A program made the translations under genes and the position numbers. Shown piece by piece: positions 9,202-19,083 of a stretch of 64,000 bases of DNA. A model generated the notes under the pieces. The model searched no databases, was not told the origin of the DNA, and saw only the letters and a program-made list of their open reading frames with translations. Numbering within the stretch: the stretch's first letter is position 1; every line of letters starts with the position of its first letter. Source of the DNA: Planctomycetales bacterium (lineage in GTDB: Bacteria > Planctomycetota > Planctomycetia > Planctomycetales > Planctomycetaceae); the NCBI GenBank assembly GCA_026400835.1, contig JAPLOA010000065.1:4189-68188 (forward strand), read 5' to 3'.

Positions 9202-10551
9202 ATGGCTGACGACAAGTTGCGACTTCCACCGCAGAATCTGGATGCAGAACGCGGTGTTCTCGGCAGTATTCTGCTGATGAACGAAGCCATTGATGAAGTT
9301 GGCGAATCTCTGAAGGCCGAACACTTCTATAGTGACGCCCACCAGAAGATCTATGCTGCCATTCAGCGGCTCTACGAAAACGGCGTACGCGGCATCGATG
9401 CGATCACTTTGGCCGAAGAATTGATCCGACGAGGAGACTTCGAATCGGTCGGGGGTGCGGCCTACCTTGCTGATGTTCTGGAAGCCGTCCCCCATGCGGC
9501 TCACGTAAGATATTACTCGAATATCGTACGCGAAAAGTGGATGCAACGTAGTTTGATTTATGCATGCACCGATATCCTCAGCGAATGCTACGACGCCACA
9601 GAAGATGTCGAGGGGCTGCTGCAAAGCGCTGAGCGGCGCGTGTTCAGTATTCTGGAAGAACAAGGCAACACCGCCAGTATCGCCATGAGCGATATCCTGA
9701 TGGAGACGTTCAATCGCATCGACGAGCGTCTGCAGAAGGTCGGTGACGTCACGGGAATCACGACCGGATTTGCCGATCTGGATCATCAGACGACCGGCTT
9801 TCAGCCAACCGAACTCATCATTCTTGCGGCTCGTCCGAGTATGGGAAAGACGGCCCTCGTCTGTAACATGGCCGAGGCTATGGCCCGAAAGTCGGGTAAG
9901 AGCATTCTCCTGTTCAGTCTGGAACAGTCGAATCTTGAACTGGCCGAACGTTTCCTCGCGATCACCGCGCGAATCAATGGCCACGATCTGCGGGCCGGAA
10001 ACCTGACGGAAGCTCAGCACGACCTTCTTGTAAGAGCTTCGGACGATCTGGCTCGCCTGCCGCTTTTCATCGACGACAAGCCAGGGCGTACCATGACGCA
10101 AGTCGCCGCCCTCGCCCGCCGACTGCATCGTAAGGCTCCGTTGGGCGCGATCATTATTGACTACCTGCAGCTCATTGAGCCTGATGAAAAGAACGCTCCA
10201 CGCGAACAGCAGATCGCACAGATCTCACGTCGTCTGAAGTTTTTGGCGAAGGAACTGCGAGTCCCCGTCATCGCACTGGCTCAGTTGAATCGCGGGGTTG
10301 AACTTCGCGAAGACAAACGGCCTCGCCTTGCGGACCTTCGTGAGAGCGGTGCTATCGAACAGGATGCGGACATGGTGATGTTTCTGCATCGCCCCGATGC
10401 GTATGATCCGGAAGATCGTCCTGGCGAAGCCGAGATTGTTGTGGCCAAACACCGCAGCGGACCCACAGGCATCATCAGACTGACGTGGCGAAAAGAATAC
10501 ATGCGGTTCGAAAACTACAGCCCGATGGCCGACAACGACTTCAATCTGTAG
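9202..10551 (+). CDS. dnaB: replicative DNA helicase DnaB
   Basis: PPQNLDAERGVLGSILL N-terminal motif, Walker A ARPSMGKTA, and the LKFLAKEL.VPVIALAQLNR and DADMVMFLHR motifs. The ORF opens at GTG 9163; ATG 9202 is preferred. Normal length, so no intein. Confidence 0.93.
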   Translation: MADDKLRLPPQNLDAERGVLGSILLMNEAIDEVGESLKAEHFYSDAHQKIYAAIQRLYENGVRGIDAITLAEELIRRGDFESVGGAAYLADVLEAVPHAAHVRYYSNIVREKWMQRSLIYACTDILSECYDATEDVEGLLQSAERRVFSILEEQGNTASIAMSDILMETFNRIDERLQKVGDVTGITTGFADLDHQTTGFQPTELIILAARPSMGKTALVCNMAEAMARKSGKSILLFSLEQSNLELAERFLAITARINGHDLRAGNLTEAQHDLLVRASDDLARLPLFIDDKPGRTMTQVAALARRLHRKAPLGAIIIDYLQLIEPDEKNAPREQQIAQISRRLKFLAKELRVPVIALAQLNRGVELREDKRPRLADLRESGAIEQDADMVMFLHRPDAYDPEDRPGEAEIVVAKHRSGPTGIIRLTWRKEYMRFENYSPMADNDFNL

Positions 10552-10631
10552 TCATAAAACAGCATAGCTGACCCATGCCAATTGGTACGCGAAGGCCTGT
10601 GATAAATCTGTATGAAGTGAGCCTGCTCGGG

Positions 10632-11591
10632 TTACTTCCGAATTTTTCCCGCATCTTCCAGCAACATCCGAATCACGTCGGCGCTGGAGTAGCGAAACTG
10701 AAAGCCTGTTTCATCAACAAGCCGCTTAGACGACACGACCCAGGGATAGCGTATAAAGCTCCATAGAGGCGCGGGAAATCGAAAGATCGGAAGTCGCAAT
10801 GCCCACCAACATGTCGTGACAAGTCGGCACAGCCAGTAGGGAACAGGAACAGCAAGTCGGCCGCTCATCTTTCCCAGTTCTTTCATGGTGACCGTATCCG
10901 GCGGGCCCACGTTGAATGGTCCGCGAGCTTCCGCTTTCAGGATCGCCAGTGTCGCCTGAGTGACATCTTCGAGATGAACAAATTGCATCTGAGGATCATC
11001 ACCACCCGGCAATGTCAGAACCGGCGGAACCGTAAACAGCGGGATCATGAAATTGCTGACACCCGGACCGTAGATGATGCTTGGGCGTGCCCAACTCACG
11101 ATCAGTTCCGAATGAGTAGAGGAAAACTCCGCGAGTAATCGTTCGACCTCGACCTTGTCGGCCGCATAGCGGTAGTCCGTTCGAGCCCTCAACGGTTGCT
11201 CTTCCATCATCGGCACAGGGTTATCCGGCCAAGCCCCATAAGCCGTGGCACTCGAGGCCACAAAAAGCCGCCGCGCTTTGGATTGGGAGACGGCCGCCAG
11301 GAGATTCCTGGTGCCCTCAACATTAATCTGATGCATCCGCCCATCGTCGCGCATGGGATTTACCACAAAGGCCAGATGAAGAATTGTATCAGGGTCAAAC
11401 TGCTGTATGTGCTCGGAAAGCTTTGAGCTCGTAATATCACAATTTTCAAATCGATCGGGAGCATCGCTTCGTGGCGCGACGACGTCCAGGCCAAGGATCT
11501 GAGCCGCCGGCCAGACAGCACGAATCGCGTTAACCAGCGATCGACCATAAAAGCCGGAACTGCCCGTGATAAGAATTCGCTCAGGATTCAT
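10632..11591 (-). CDS. NAD-dependent epimerase/dehydratase family (extended SDR) protein
   Basis: 319 aa. N-terminal ILITGSSGFYG Rossmann motif (GxxGxxG) and a YxxxK-like YRYAADK. Confidence 0.8.
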   Translation of the reverse strand: MNPERILITGSSGFYGRSLVNAIRAVWPAAQILGLDVVAPRSDAPDRFENCDITSSKLSEHIQQFDPDTILHLAFVVNPMRDDGRMHQINVEGTRNLLAAVSQSKARRLFVASSATAYGAWPDNPVPMMEEQPLRARTDYRYAADKVEVERLLAEFSSTHSELIVSWARPSIIYGPGVSNFMIPLFTVPPVLTLPGGDDPQMQFVHLEDVTQATLAILKAEARGPFNVGPPDTVTMKELGKMSGRLAVPVPYWLCRLVTTCWWALRLPIFRFPAPLWSFIRYPWVVSSKRLVDETGFQFRYSSADVIRMLLEDAGKIRK

Positions 11592-11704
11592 CGTGATGAC
11601 TGGGTGAACAACTGGAGTCCGGGTTTCGGAAATGGACAGGGGCGGGATTGTAGCCCCTGCCCTGCCCCACGTCCAAAGAGCGATCCCCGGTCCCCATCAA
11701 TCAA

Positions 11705-12838
11705 CTATTCGTCGATTCCTGTGAGCAGCATGATCAGTTGTAATTCACTTGACGAAGACTTCTCTGACGTTCGCTCACTGAGCGATGAAACAAGAGTCGG
11801 GCGTCCAACACGGAGTCTGCAGGTTCCTTCTGCAGCTTCTTTTGCCAGCGAGTAACGATCAATCTTCCCGGCATTCGCGGCGTCCTGCCCTTTGTCGTCG
11901 CGACTCGTGACGAACGTTCGAAAAGTAACGTCCGCCTGATCGGTCGATTTGCCATCCTTCGCGACGGAATACTCAGGCACCGCCTGAACTGTCGCTTCAA
12001 GCATCAGTCCCAGAAAGAGCGTCCTGACAATTGGCTGGTCACCGGTCACTCCTTCCCCAACCACAGGAACTGATCCCGAGATCACAGGAACGTGATTCCC
12101 GGAGGCGACATGATTGGTGAGACGCTCTCGGCAAATCAAGGTACCGTGATGACCCGATTTAGCTTCCTGCAGCGTCGTGAGTTGTTGCCGAACGTCTTCA
12201 ACCTCGGACTCTCCTGCAATCATCTGTTCTATGTTTCCACGATCTGCCATATCCACGGGAATCCACCATGCTTCGAGGCGATAGGTTTGATTTCCGACAA
12301 CGGACGATGTCAGTTCCTTCAGAAACTTTGCGATTTCCGCATGCACCTTTTCTGTCTGGCGGATCATCAGGGAATGGCCAAGATCGTCTATCAGACTTAG
12401 GCCGTCTTCGCTTTCCCAGGACTCATCGGCAAGCGCATATTGGATGAGATCAACGATTGATGGGCCACCTAAATCTTCCAAACTGCTTTTTAGGCTCGGT
12501 TCATGGTCGTCATATCCGCCGCCAACAAATCCACCTCCACCCATCTGGACCGGTTCAGCCGGTACATTAAAGAACCCGCCACCACCGCCTCCCATCTGTC
12601 CTCCGCCGCCACCCACTCCGCCTTGTCCGCCAGCAAGGCCCATGTCGCCCCCTGTGACCTGAACGGAGCCAACATTGAATCGGTGATGCTGGCGAGGCGT
12701 AACCAGTGGAGTAATGTCGTAGAACTTAACAACCAGCGGTTGAATGGCGTCCGCCACAGCGGCCTCCTGAGCAGAACACGGCGCAGAAGACGCCAACATC
12801 CCGGACATCAATAACAATAAACCCAACAATCTGACCAT
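11705..12838 (-). CDS. exported glycine-rich protein, function unknown (last gene of the ECF module)
   Basis: 377 aa. Signal peptide MVRLLGLLLLMSGMLASSAPCSAQEA. Poly-Gly/Met tract GGQGGVGGGGGQMGGGGGGFF...MGGGGFVGGGY. Same strand as, and 109 nt downstream of, the putative anti-sigma gene. Confidence 0.6.
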   Translation of the reverse strand: MVRLLGLLLLMSGMLASSAPCSAQEAAVADAIQPLVVKFYDITPLVTPRQHHRFNVGSVQVTGGDMGLAGGQGGVGGGGGQMGGGGGGFFNVPAEPVQMGGGGFVGGGYDDHEPSLKSSLEDLGGPSIVDLIQYALADESWESEDGLSLIDDLGHSLMIRQTEKVHAEIAKFLKELTSSVVGNQTYRLEAWWIPVDMADRGNIEQMIAGESEVEDVRQQLTTLQEAKSGHHGTLICRERLTNHVASGNHVPVISGSVPVVGEGVTGDQPIVRTLFLGLMLEATVQAVPEYSVAKDGKSTDQADVTFRTFVTSRDDKGQDAANAGKIDRYSLAKEAAEGTCRLRVGRPTLVSSLSERTSEKSSSSELQLIMLLTGIDE

Positions 12839-12947
12839 GGTTTTCTCCTTCGAAAAATGAGTATCAAATTCACACCCCTTCGGGAGATTTCGTCAGCAAA
12901 GCAAAAGACCACAAGTGACTCGCTACGCTGACAAAATGTCCCTGCGA

Positions 12948-14207
12948 CTATTGCGATCCTGAACCCGCCCCTGTTGCCGTTTTAAGCTGTATCACAGCGG
13001 TCTGAATTACGGCATAACGTTCCGGATTCTTCTTCAGACGAGCCAGAAAACCCATCGCCGTTTCCGAACCATTCCACATCAGGATGGCCACAGGCTCCCA
13101 ACGATGTGGAAAGTTCTGACAGAGCAATTCCGTTCGTCTGAAAGTGGGTTCGTCGACTCTTCTGCCCAGTGATTGAATCGCGGCAATGCGGTCATCAATG
13201 ACTGGTGCATCAAGCTCAGCAAACAGCAGGTCGACAAGCTCCGGAGATAACTCATCAACGACCTGCAAACAAAGATCTCGGCAATCGGGGGTTCGCACCA
13301 AATGCAGCCAGATGAAAGCCGCCTGAGGTGTCTTTCGATGAGCCAGCTCAATCAGCAGTTCCTTGCGAGTTGCCACATCCCCGCCCCGAACAACCAGCGC
13401 CGCAAGCATTTGCTCACTGGAAACTCGTTTCACGGATTGCACGGCATTGGTTCGCAAATCCGGCTTCTCAGCAATCTCTAACAACAGCGGCACAGTGCCG
13501 TCAGAACCAACAAAACCCATCGCCGCGATTGCAGCCGTCTGCCTCTGTCCGGTCGCGGTTCGAACAATCTCTTTCAGGAGATATTCGAACTGAGCTTTCC
13601 GCGGCAGCAATGTTTGGCAACAGGTCTCTGCCTTCTGCCCTTCTTCAAGGCACGCAAGCACAGAATCCAGCTGTTGCTTCATCTTGTCCCGCTGACTCAA
13701 TCGCTTATGCTTTGCACTGACGGGATCCGCAGACGGTGTCAGCTTTCCTGACTGATTATTCGCAAGCGCCTCTTTCGAAGTATCGCTCATGAAAGGAGTA
13801 ACAGATTTCTTGTCTTCTGTATCGCCTGACGGAGCCATTTGTTCCGGCAATAGCGTGGTCTCAGTAACCTTCGTTGGATTCAACTCCTGGGGCTTAGCAA
13901 CAATGTCGTTCTGTCGGTCTGACGGCGTCGTCCAACGCCCTGCGAGGAATGCGAGAATCATCCCGGCAATCGATACGCAAATGACCAACCATCGCTTTGG
14001 CTGCTGACTTTTGACCTCAATCAAAGGCTTGACCGTCGTTGCCAAATTCTCACCAGACTCCTGCATCGCAGTCGTAGTCAGGGCCGAGAGTCGCATTAGC
14101 GTTTCAGCATCAGCTTCAGGCCATTTCGCTTCGGACAACAAGAGATCGAGTTCCGCGTCGAGATCACCTTCGGGAAGATCGGACTGCTTAAACGAATCAG
14201 CATTCAT
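12948..14207 (-). CDS. putative membrane-anchored anti-sigma factor with helical-repeat (HEAT-like) C-terminal domain
   Basis: 419 aa. Its start overlaps the ECF sigma stop by 4 nt (ATGA). About 70 acidic N-terminal residues, one TM helix (WLVICVSIAGMILAFLAGRW) and a ~320-aa Leu/Ala-rich repeat region. The role is inferred from position only; no canonical HxxxCxxC motif. Confidence 0.5.
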   Translation of the reverse strand: MNADSFKQSDLPEGDLDAELDLLLSEAKWPEADAETLMRLSALTTTAMQESGENLATTVKPLIEVKSQQPKRWLVICVSIAGMILAFLAGRWTTPSDRQNDIVAKPQELNPTKVTETTLLPEQMAPSGDTEDKKSVTPFMSDTSKEALANNQSGKLTPSADPVSAKHKRLSQRDKMKQQLDSVLACLEEGQKAETCCQTLLPRKAQFEYLLKEIVRTATGQRQTAAIAAMGFVGSDGTVPLLLEIAEKPDLRTNAVQSVKRVSSEQMLAALVVRGGDVATRKELLIELAHRKTPQAAFIWLHLVRTPDCRDLCLQVVDELSPELVDLLFAELDAPVIDDRIAAIQSLGRRVDEPTFRRTELLCQNFPHRWEPVAILMWNGSETAMGFLARLKKNPERYAVIQTAVIQLKTATGAGSGSQ

Positions 14208-14716
14208 TGGTCAACTCCGGTCTTCATCAGCGTTCCCAATGTTTTTCTCAACTGTTGTCTCGCAGCAGTAAGATTCGAATACACATTTTGAATCGTCAGA
14301 CCGAGCAGCTCAGCAACGTCTTGTGGTGACATCTGCTCGTAAGTGACAAACACCAGAACCTCACGCTGCCGCTCCGGAAGTCGCGACACATGCTGTGCAA
14401 TCAGTTCAGATCTCGCCTGTTGCTCATTCTTTTCATCTGTTGTATCGCTGGGAGCCATGGGCTCTTCCAGCAATGTTTCCACTGACGGTTTCGATGTCAC
14501 CCATGTGCGAAACACATTCACGATAATTCGGTTGAGCCATGTCCGGAAAGTACATTCGCCGCGAAACGTCTCTCGGGCCCAAGCCGCCCGTAACAGCGAC
14601 TCCTGAAGAATATCCTCAGCATCGTGAACATTTCCGGTCAGCTTCACCGCAAGTCTGAGCGCATTCGGGAGCTGGGATTGGAATAGATTCTCCCAGTCTT
14701 TGTTTGCTTCAGACAT
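14204..14716 (-). CDS. ECF-type RNA polymerase sigma factor
   Basis: 170 aa. Region 2 (DAEDILQESLLRAAW...FRTWLNRIIVN) and region 4 (LPERQREVLVFVTYEQMSPQDVAELLGLTIQNVYSNL). Confidence 0.88.
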   Translation of the reverse strand: MSEANKDWENLFQSQLPNALRLAVKLTGNVHDAEDILQESLLRAAWARETFRGECTFRTWLNRIIVNVFRTWVTSKPSVETLLEEPMAPSDTTDEKNEQQARSELIAQHVSRLPERQREVLVFVTYEQMSPQDVAELLGLTIQNVYSNLTAARQQLRKTLGTLMKTGVDQ

Positions 14717-15032
14717 TCGGCCTTGCCTTTGCTGACTCTTCTACCTCTTCTACTTAGACAGACCAGCTCGGGACGAAAAACTCAAAAACAAAATCGCCGA
14801 TCTCAGAGGTTTTTCTGAAACGCGTTTTCTTGTTGAATACCGGCCAGATTTCCGCCGCCACGTGCAGAAGTTTGGCAGATTCGTTAGACAAATCCGGCTG
14901 CCACTGGCCTCCTGCTGCTGCGATAATCCCATCGCGCAGGTATTCTGCCTTTACGAATTTCGGCCGTGTTGGTGAGTGACGATAAAGCAGCTGACTGGTC
15001 AGCATTTTGAGACGTTCAATAAGTTAACGGCT

Positions 15033-15058
15033 GGAACGTGTTCGCTGCCGATCATCGT
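15033..15058 (+). promoter_or_regulatory. candidate ECF-type promoter (GGAAC-N18-CGT) upstream of the DUF1549/DUF1553 gene
   Basis: GGAAC at 15033-15037 and CGT at 15056-15058, 21 nt before ATG 15079, in the divergent region shared with the ECF sigma gene. The spacer is 1-2 nt longer than typical. Confidence 0.25.
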
Positions 15059-15078
15059 GATCTCAAGGACCCTCTTCG

Positions 15079-16680
15079 ATGATTCGAAGTCTTTCAATAT
15101 CTGCGTTTGTCGCGATCTTCGCCCTGATCACGCCGACATTTGGTCAGGAATCCCGCCTGTTGTCGCCTCAGGAAACGGCGACTGAAATTGACCGGCTATT
15201 TGCCGAATCGTGGCAGAAACAGTCTGTGGAACCTGCTCCGGAAGCCACCGACGAAGAATATGTGCGAAGGCTCTATCTGGATCTGGCTGGCAGAATCCCG
15301 GCCGCCGCAGAGACTCGCGAGTTCCTTGAGAATGCGTCACCCCAGAAACGCACGGAACTGGTGGAGTCTTTGCTGGACGGCCCCGCATTCGTACGCCATT
15401 TCACCATCATCTGGCGAAATGCACTGATCCCACAGGCCTTTAACGATTTGCAGACGCGAGGTCTTGTTCCGGGTTTCGAAGCCTGGCTGTGGAAACACTT
15501 TTCGGAGGAGACTCCGTACGATCGGATGGTCCACGAACTGATTACAACCCCGATCGATTTCGGTGACAATGCAGGCAACGTTCTCAACGCCGCCAGCAGT
15601 CCCAGCGCCTTCTTTATTGTTCGCCAACTGCAACCAGAAAACCTGGCCACCGGAACCTCTCGCGCGTTCCTTGGGGTTCGCCTGGATTGTGCTCAATGTC
15701 ACGATCACCCTTTTGACAAGTGGAAGCGTAATCAGTTCTGGAGCATGGCGGCCTTCTATTCCGGCTTTCAACGCCCCGAAGGCGTTGATCCGGAGAATGC
15801 GTTGATGATGCCCATGAATGAAGTCAAAGGGTCGCGATCAATCAAAGTTCCTTCCACGGGCGATGTCGTTCCGGCGATGTTTCTGACCGGCACGGAACCC
15901 GAATGGACCGAAGAATCGGTACCTCGACAGATGCTGGCCAATTGGGTCACATCGAAAGACAATCCGTGGTTTGCAAAGATGGCAGCGAATCGACTTTGGG
16001 CTCAGTTTCTGGGTCAGGGAATTGTCCAGCCGGTCGATGACTTTTCGGATAATAACCCGCCGTCTCATCCGGAGGTGCTCGACTTGCTGGCCGAACAGTT
16101 TGCGGCTCATGACTTTGACCTGAAGTATCTGGTTCGCACAATCACGGCCACTCGAGTTTATCAAACAACCAGTCGCCAGACTCATGCCAGCCAGGCTGAT
16201 CCCAATCAGTTTGCTCGCATGGCACTGCGCGGACTGACACCCGAGCAGTTCTTTGACAGTCTGGCCGAGGCCACCGGATACTATCAGCCGTTTCGAACGG
16301 ACAATCCGTTCGTCATCGATGCCGATTCTCCACGCGGTCGATTTCTGGAATTGTTTCGCGACGAAAATGAATCACCGCTGATGAAGGAGACAACAATCCT
16401 GCAGGCTCTGGCGATGATGAACGGCGATTTTGTCGACAACGCCACGACGCTGGACAATAGTCAGACACTTCGAGCTGTCGTCGACTTTCCTCTAATGTCC
16501 AACGACGAGCGCCTGGAGACATTATTCATCGCAGCTCTCAGTCGTCGTCCCACGGAAGGCGAGAAAGCCAGCTTTGGAAAATACATCACAGATGGCGGTA
16601 CATCCGGAAACGCCAAAGAAGCATTCGCCGATATCTTCTGGGCTCTGTTGAACAGTAGCGAATTTCTGTTGAATCATTGA
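15079..16680 (+). CDS. DUF1549/DUF1553 domain protein (planctomycete PSD1-type, no cytochrome domain)
   Basis: 533 aa with a signal peptide. RRLYLDLAGRIP (DUF1549-type) and CAQCHDHPFDKW (DUF1553-type) motifs. Confidence 0.85.
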   Translation: MIRSLSISAFVAIFALITPTFGQESRLLSPQETATEIDRLFAESWQKQSVEPAPEATDEEYVRRLYLDLAGRIPAAAETREFLENASPQKRTELVESLLDGPAFVRHFTIIWRNALIPQAFNDLQTRGLVPGFEAWLWKHFSEETPYDRMVHELITTPIDFGDNAGNVLNAASSPSAFFIVRQLQPENLATGTSRAFLGVRLDCAQCHDHPFDKWKRNQFWSMAAFYSGFQRPEGVDPENALMMPMNEVKGSRSIKVPSTGDVVPAMFLTGTEPEWTEESVPRQMLANWVTSKDNPWFAKMAANRLWAQFLGQGIVQPVDDFSDNNPPSHPEVLDLLAEQFAAHDFDLKYLVRTITATRVYQTTSRQTHASQADPNQFARMALRGLTPEQFFDSLAEATGYYQPFRTDNPFVIDADSPRGRFLELFRDENESPLMKETTILQALAMMNGDFVDNATTLDNSQTLRAVVDFPLMSNDERLETLFIAALSRRPTEGEKASFGKYITDGGTSGNAKEAFADIFWALLNSSEFLLNH

Positions 16681-16722
16681 GTCTCAGATAAACCGGAACA
16701 TGATGCAGACAGTCGATTCAAT

Positions 16723-16797
16723 CGTTTAACGGCAAGCCACAGGCGGCGGCGCCCGATTTCGCCTACGCCTGCGGCTCGCCGTTAAACGAAAACGCTC
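16723..16797. repeat. REP-like hairpin element, family B copy 1
   Basis: TTTAACGGCAAGCCACAGG ... CCTGCGGCTCGCCGTTAAA inverted repeat with a ~28-nt loop. About 90% identical to 46024-46096. Sits in the 150-nt gap between the DUF1553 and DUF1501 genes. Confidence 0.8.
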
Positions 16798-16845
16798 GAA
16801 ACGCGAATAGATCAGCAGTCCCACAGCGAGTTGAAAGACCTAAAC

Positions 16846-18162
16846 ATGATCAATCGCCGAACCTTTTCAAAGTCTGCCGGGTTGTCACTTATCGGCTCCT
16901 CGATGTCCGGATGGCTGCCTCGACTAGCCGCCGAAGTGCAGCAGTCCGGCACCAAAGCACCTCGGTCATGCATCCTGTTATGGATGTCCGGCGGACCAAG
17001 CCAGATGGAGACCTTCGATCCCAAGGAGGGTCAGGAGAACGGCGGTCCGACAAAAGCCATCGACACCAGCGTGCCCGGAATTCGCATCGCCGAAAACCTG
17101 CCAAAGGTTGCCACCATGATGGAGCATCTGGCGCCGATCCGTTCCATGTCAACAAAAGAAGGCGACCATACTCGAGCAACGTACTACATGCGAACTGGGT
17201 ATCTTCCGCAGGGTCCGATTCAGTACCCGGCGATGGGTTCATTCCTTGGGAAAGCGCTAATGAAGCCGGAGTGCGATCTGCCCTCATTCATCGCCGTGAA
17301 TCCGTTTCGAGCCTTCAGCCCGGGGGCATTCGGGCCTGGTTTCCTCGGACCATCGTGGTCTCCGTTAGTTGTTGCGTCAGAGATCGATCAGCAGCAGAAC
17401 GTTTCGTTTGAAGTGCGAAATCTCAAGCCTGCGGATCGCTTACCAGCGGCTCAGGTCGACTCGCGATTGAGTCTGTTGAGTACTCTGGAGCATTCATTTC
17501 TATCAGAACGTCCCGATGGCCCGGGACACAGTCATCTGCAGTCTTATGAGCAGGCCGTTCGCATGATGAAGTCGGAGGCTGTGGCAGCATTTGACCTGGA
17601 ACAGGAAGAAGCGTCACTCCGAGATGCCTACGGTCGAAATGCGTTTGGACAGGGTTGCTTGCTGGCTCGTCGTCTTGTCGAACGAGGCGTATCGTTTGTC
17701 GAGGTTTCACTGAATGGCGTTGACGGACTTGGCGGAGCCGGCTGGGATACTCATCAGGACAACTTCAACGCCGTGAAAGGTCTCTGTGGAATTCTTGACC
17801 CTGCGTGGGCCACGCTGATGACCGACCTGAAGCAGCGGGGATTGCTCGAGAATACGCTGGTCGTTTGGATGGGCGAGTTCGGACGAACCCCAAAGATCAA
17901 CGAGAACACCGGCCGCGACCATTGGCCTGGAAGCTGGAGCACTGTACTCGGCGGAGCCGGTATCAAAGGCGGTCAGGTTTACGGGGCAACTAGTGACGAT
18001 GGTATGGAAATCAAGGATGGTTTACTGACCGTCCCCAATCTCATGGCCACAATCTGCCGAGCCCTCGCGCTGAATCCGGAATCCACCAACCTCAGCAACA
18101 TCGGCCGCCCGATTCCTCTGGCCGATCACGGTTCAGCAGCGGTTGAGAGTCTGTTGAGTTGA
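16846..18162 (+). CDS. DUF1501 (sulfatase-like fold) protein with twin-arginine signal
   Basis: MINRRTFSKSAGLSLIGSS Tat-like leader. WDTHQDNF and GEFGRTPKINENTGRDHW motifs typical of DUF1501. The ORF opens at TTG 16831; ATG 16846 is preferred. Confidence 0.88.
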   Translation: MINRRTFSKSAGLSLIGSSMSGWLPRLAAEVQQSGTKAPRSCILLWMSGGPSQMETFDPKEGQENGGPTKAIDTSVPGIRIAENLPKVATMMEHLAPIRSMSTKEGDHTRATYYMRTGYLPQGPIQYPAMGSFLGKALMKPECDLPSFIAVNPFRAFSPGAFGPGFLGPSWSPLVVASEIDQQQNVSFEVRNLKPADRLPAAQVDSRLSLLSTLEHSFLSERPDGPGHSHLQSYEQAVRMMKSEAVAAFDLEQEEASLRDAYGRNAFGQGCLLARRLVERGVSFVEVSLNGVDGLGGAGWDTHQDNFNAVKGLCGILDPAWATLMTDLKQRGLLENTLVVWMGEFGRTPKINENTGRDHWPGSWSTVLGGAGIKGGQVYGATSDDGMEIKDGLLTVPNLMATICRALALNPESTNLSNIGRPIPLADHGSAAVESLLS

Positions 18163-18319
18163 GTCGTCGCAGCAATTCGCACTGCATTCTGATCGGTAAT
18201 GGACATGGATGGCGCCGTTCCGTGCAGGTCGATCTGTCTCAGATCGGCAGGCTTGCATGTTACTGGCTGATTTCGGGGTGGGTTGTGGAAGCAGCGTGAT
18301 AAAGCAATGCTGTGTTACT

Positions 18320-18341
18320 CCCGACCTGGGGACAGGTCGGG
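18320..18341. terminator. stem-loop between convergent genes (possible bidirectional terminator)
   Basis: CCCGACCTG GGGA CAGGTCGGG: perfect 9-bp stem, 4-nt loop. No U-tract on either strand. Confidence 0.35.
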
Positions 18342-18351
18342 CTACAGAAAA

Positions 18352-19083
18352 TCACACCAGCCGCAGCGTACTGCATGTCTGCTGATACGAAAGCTCGAGA
18401 TCCAATGAGATCGCGTGATCGTTGTCCAACCAGATCGGCAGGACTGGCAAACGTTGTCCCACAACCATCGGATAGGCCCATGATTCAAACCGCGAACGTG
18501 TGGCCAAATTGTGACTTCGACAGGTCACGGCGTAGGTCGCTGGTGGGGAGGGAGCAAATGAAGGATCGGTCTGACAGAAGACGTCCAGCACTTCACAGTA
18601 CAAATTGAAATGCTTCACAGTTACCAGATCGACAATCGAAACACAGATCTTCTTTTGTAACAAGGCCGCACATTTTGAAACAAACGCCTGGCGAGTCTCC
18701 GGACGATCCTTGTTAGCCGGGCTGACAAGCTCAATCGCGGCGACCAATTCTCGACCTCGCTGTTGGTCGAAAATCAGCACTTCGTATTCGTAGATTTCCG
18801 TCGGATCCAGTTCAAGGGTCAGCGTAGGCTCCGGCGGTGCCCAGATCGCCGTGGCCGCACCTTGGCCGGATGAACTCACCCCGAATTCAGGTTCGCTTTC
18901 AACATCGAACGTGCAGACATCAACTTCGAAGTTCTTGCCAAGATGCACGCGAGGCTCAGCAGTGTAGTGATCCGGCAGTGATCTGCAGAGATCCATAACG
19001 ATCATCGCAGGCCACATTCCATGAAAACCCTCCCAGGAACCCTTGTTGAAAACTGGCGGTCGAAAATGATCCAGCAGCGGCAT
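18352..19083 (-). CDS. DUF4058 family protein
   Basis: MPLLDHFRPP...W.GFHG start and IELVSPANKDRPETRQAF...VSIVDLV core match my recollection of DUF4058 (IEilSPsNK...EIDLL). The ORF opens at 19134; ATG 19083 is preferred. Confidence 0.55.
   Translation of the reverse strand: MPLLDHFRPPVFNKGSWEGFHGMWPAMIVMDLCRSLPDHYTAEPRVHLGKNFEVDVCTFDVESEPEFGVSSSGQGAATAIWAPPEPTLTLELDPTEIYEYEVLIFDQQRGRELVAAIELVSPANKDRPETRQAFVSKCAALLQKKICVSIVDLVTVKHFNLYCEVLDVFCQTDPSFAPSPPATYAVTCRSHNLATRSRFESWAYPMVVGQRLPVLPIWLDNDHAISLDLELSYQQTCSTLRLV

Noticed and set aside
9085-10128. 347-aa ORF on the minus strand
   Set aside because: It lies entirely antisense to dnaB, which has unambiguous helicase motifs. Its composition is that of a shadow ORF and it has no motifs.
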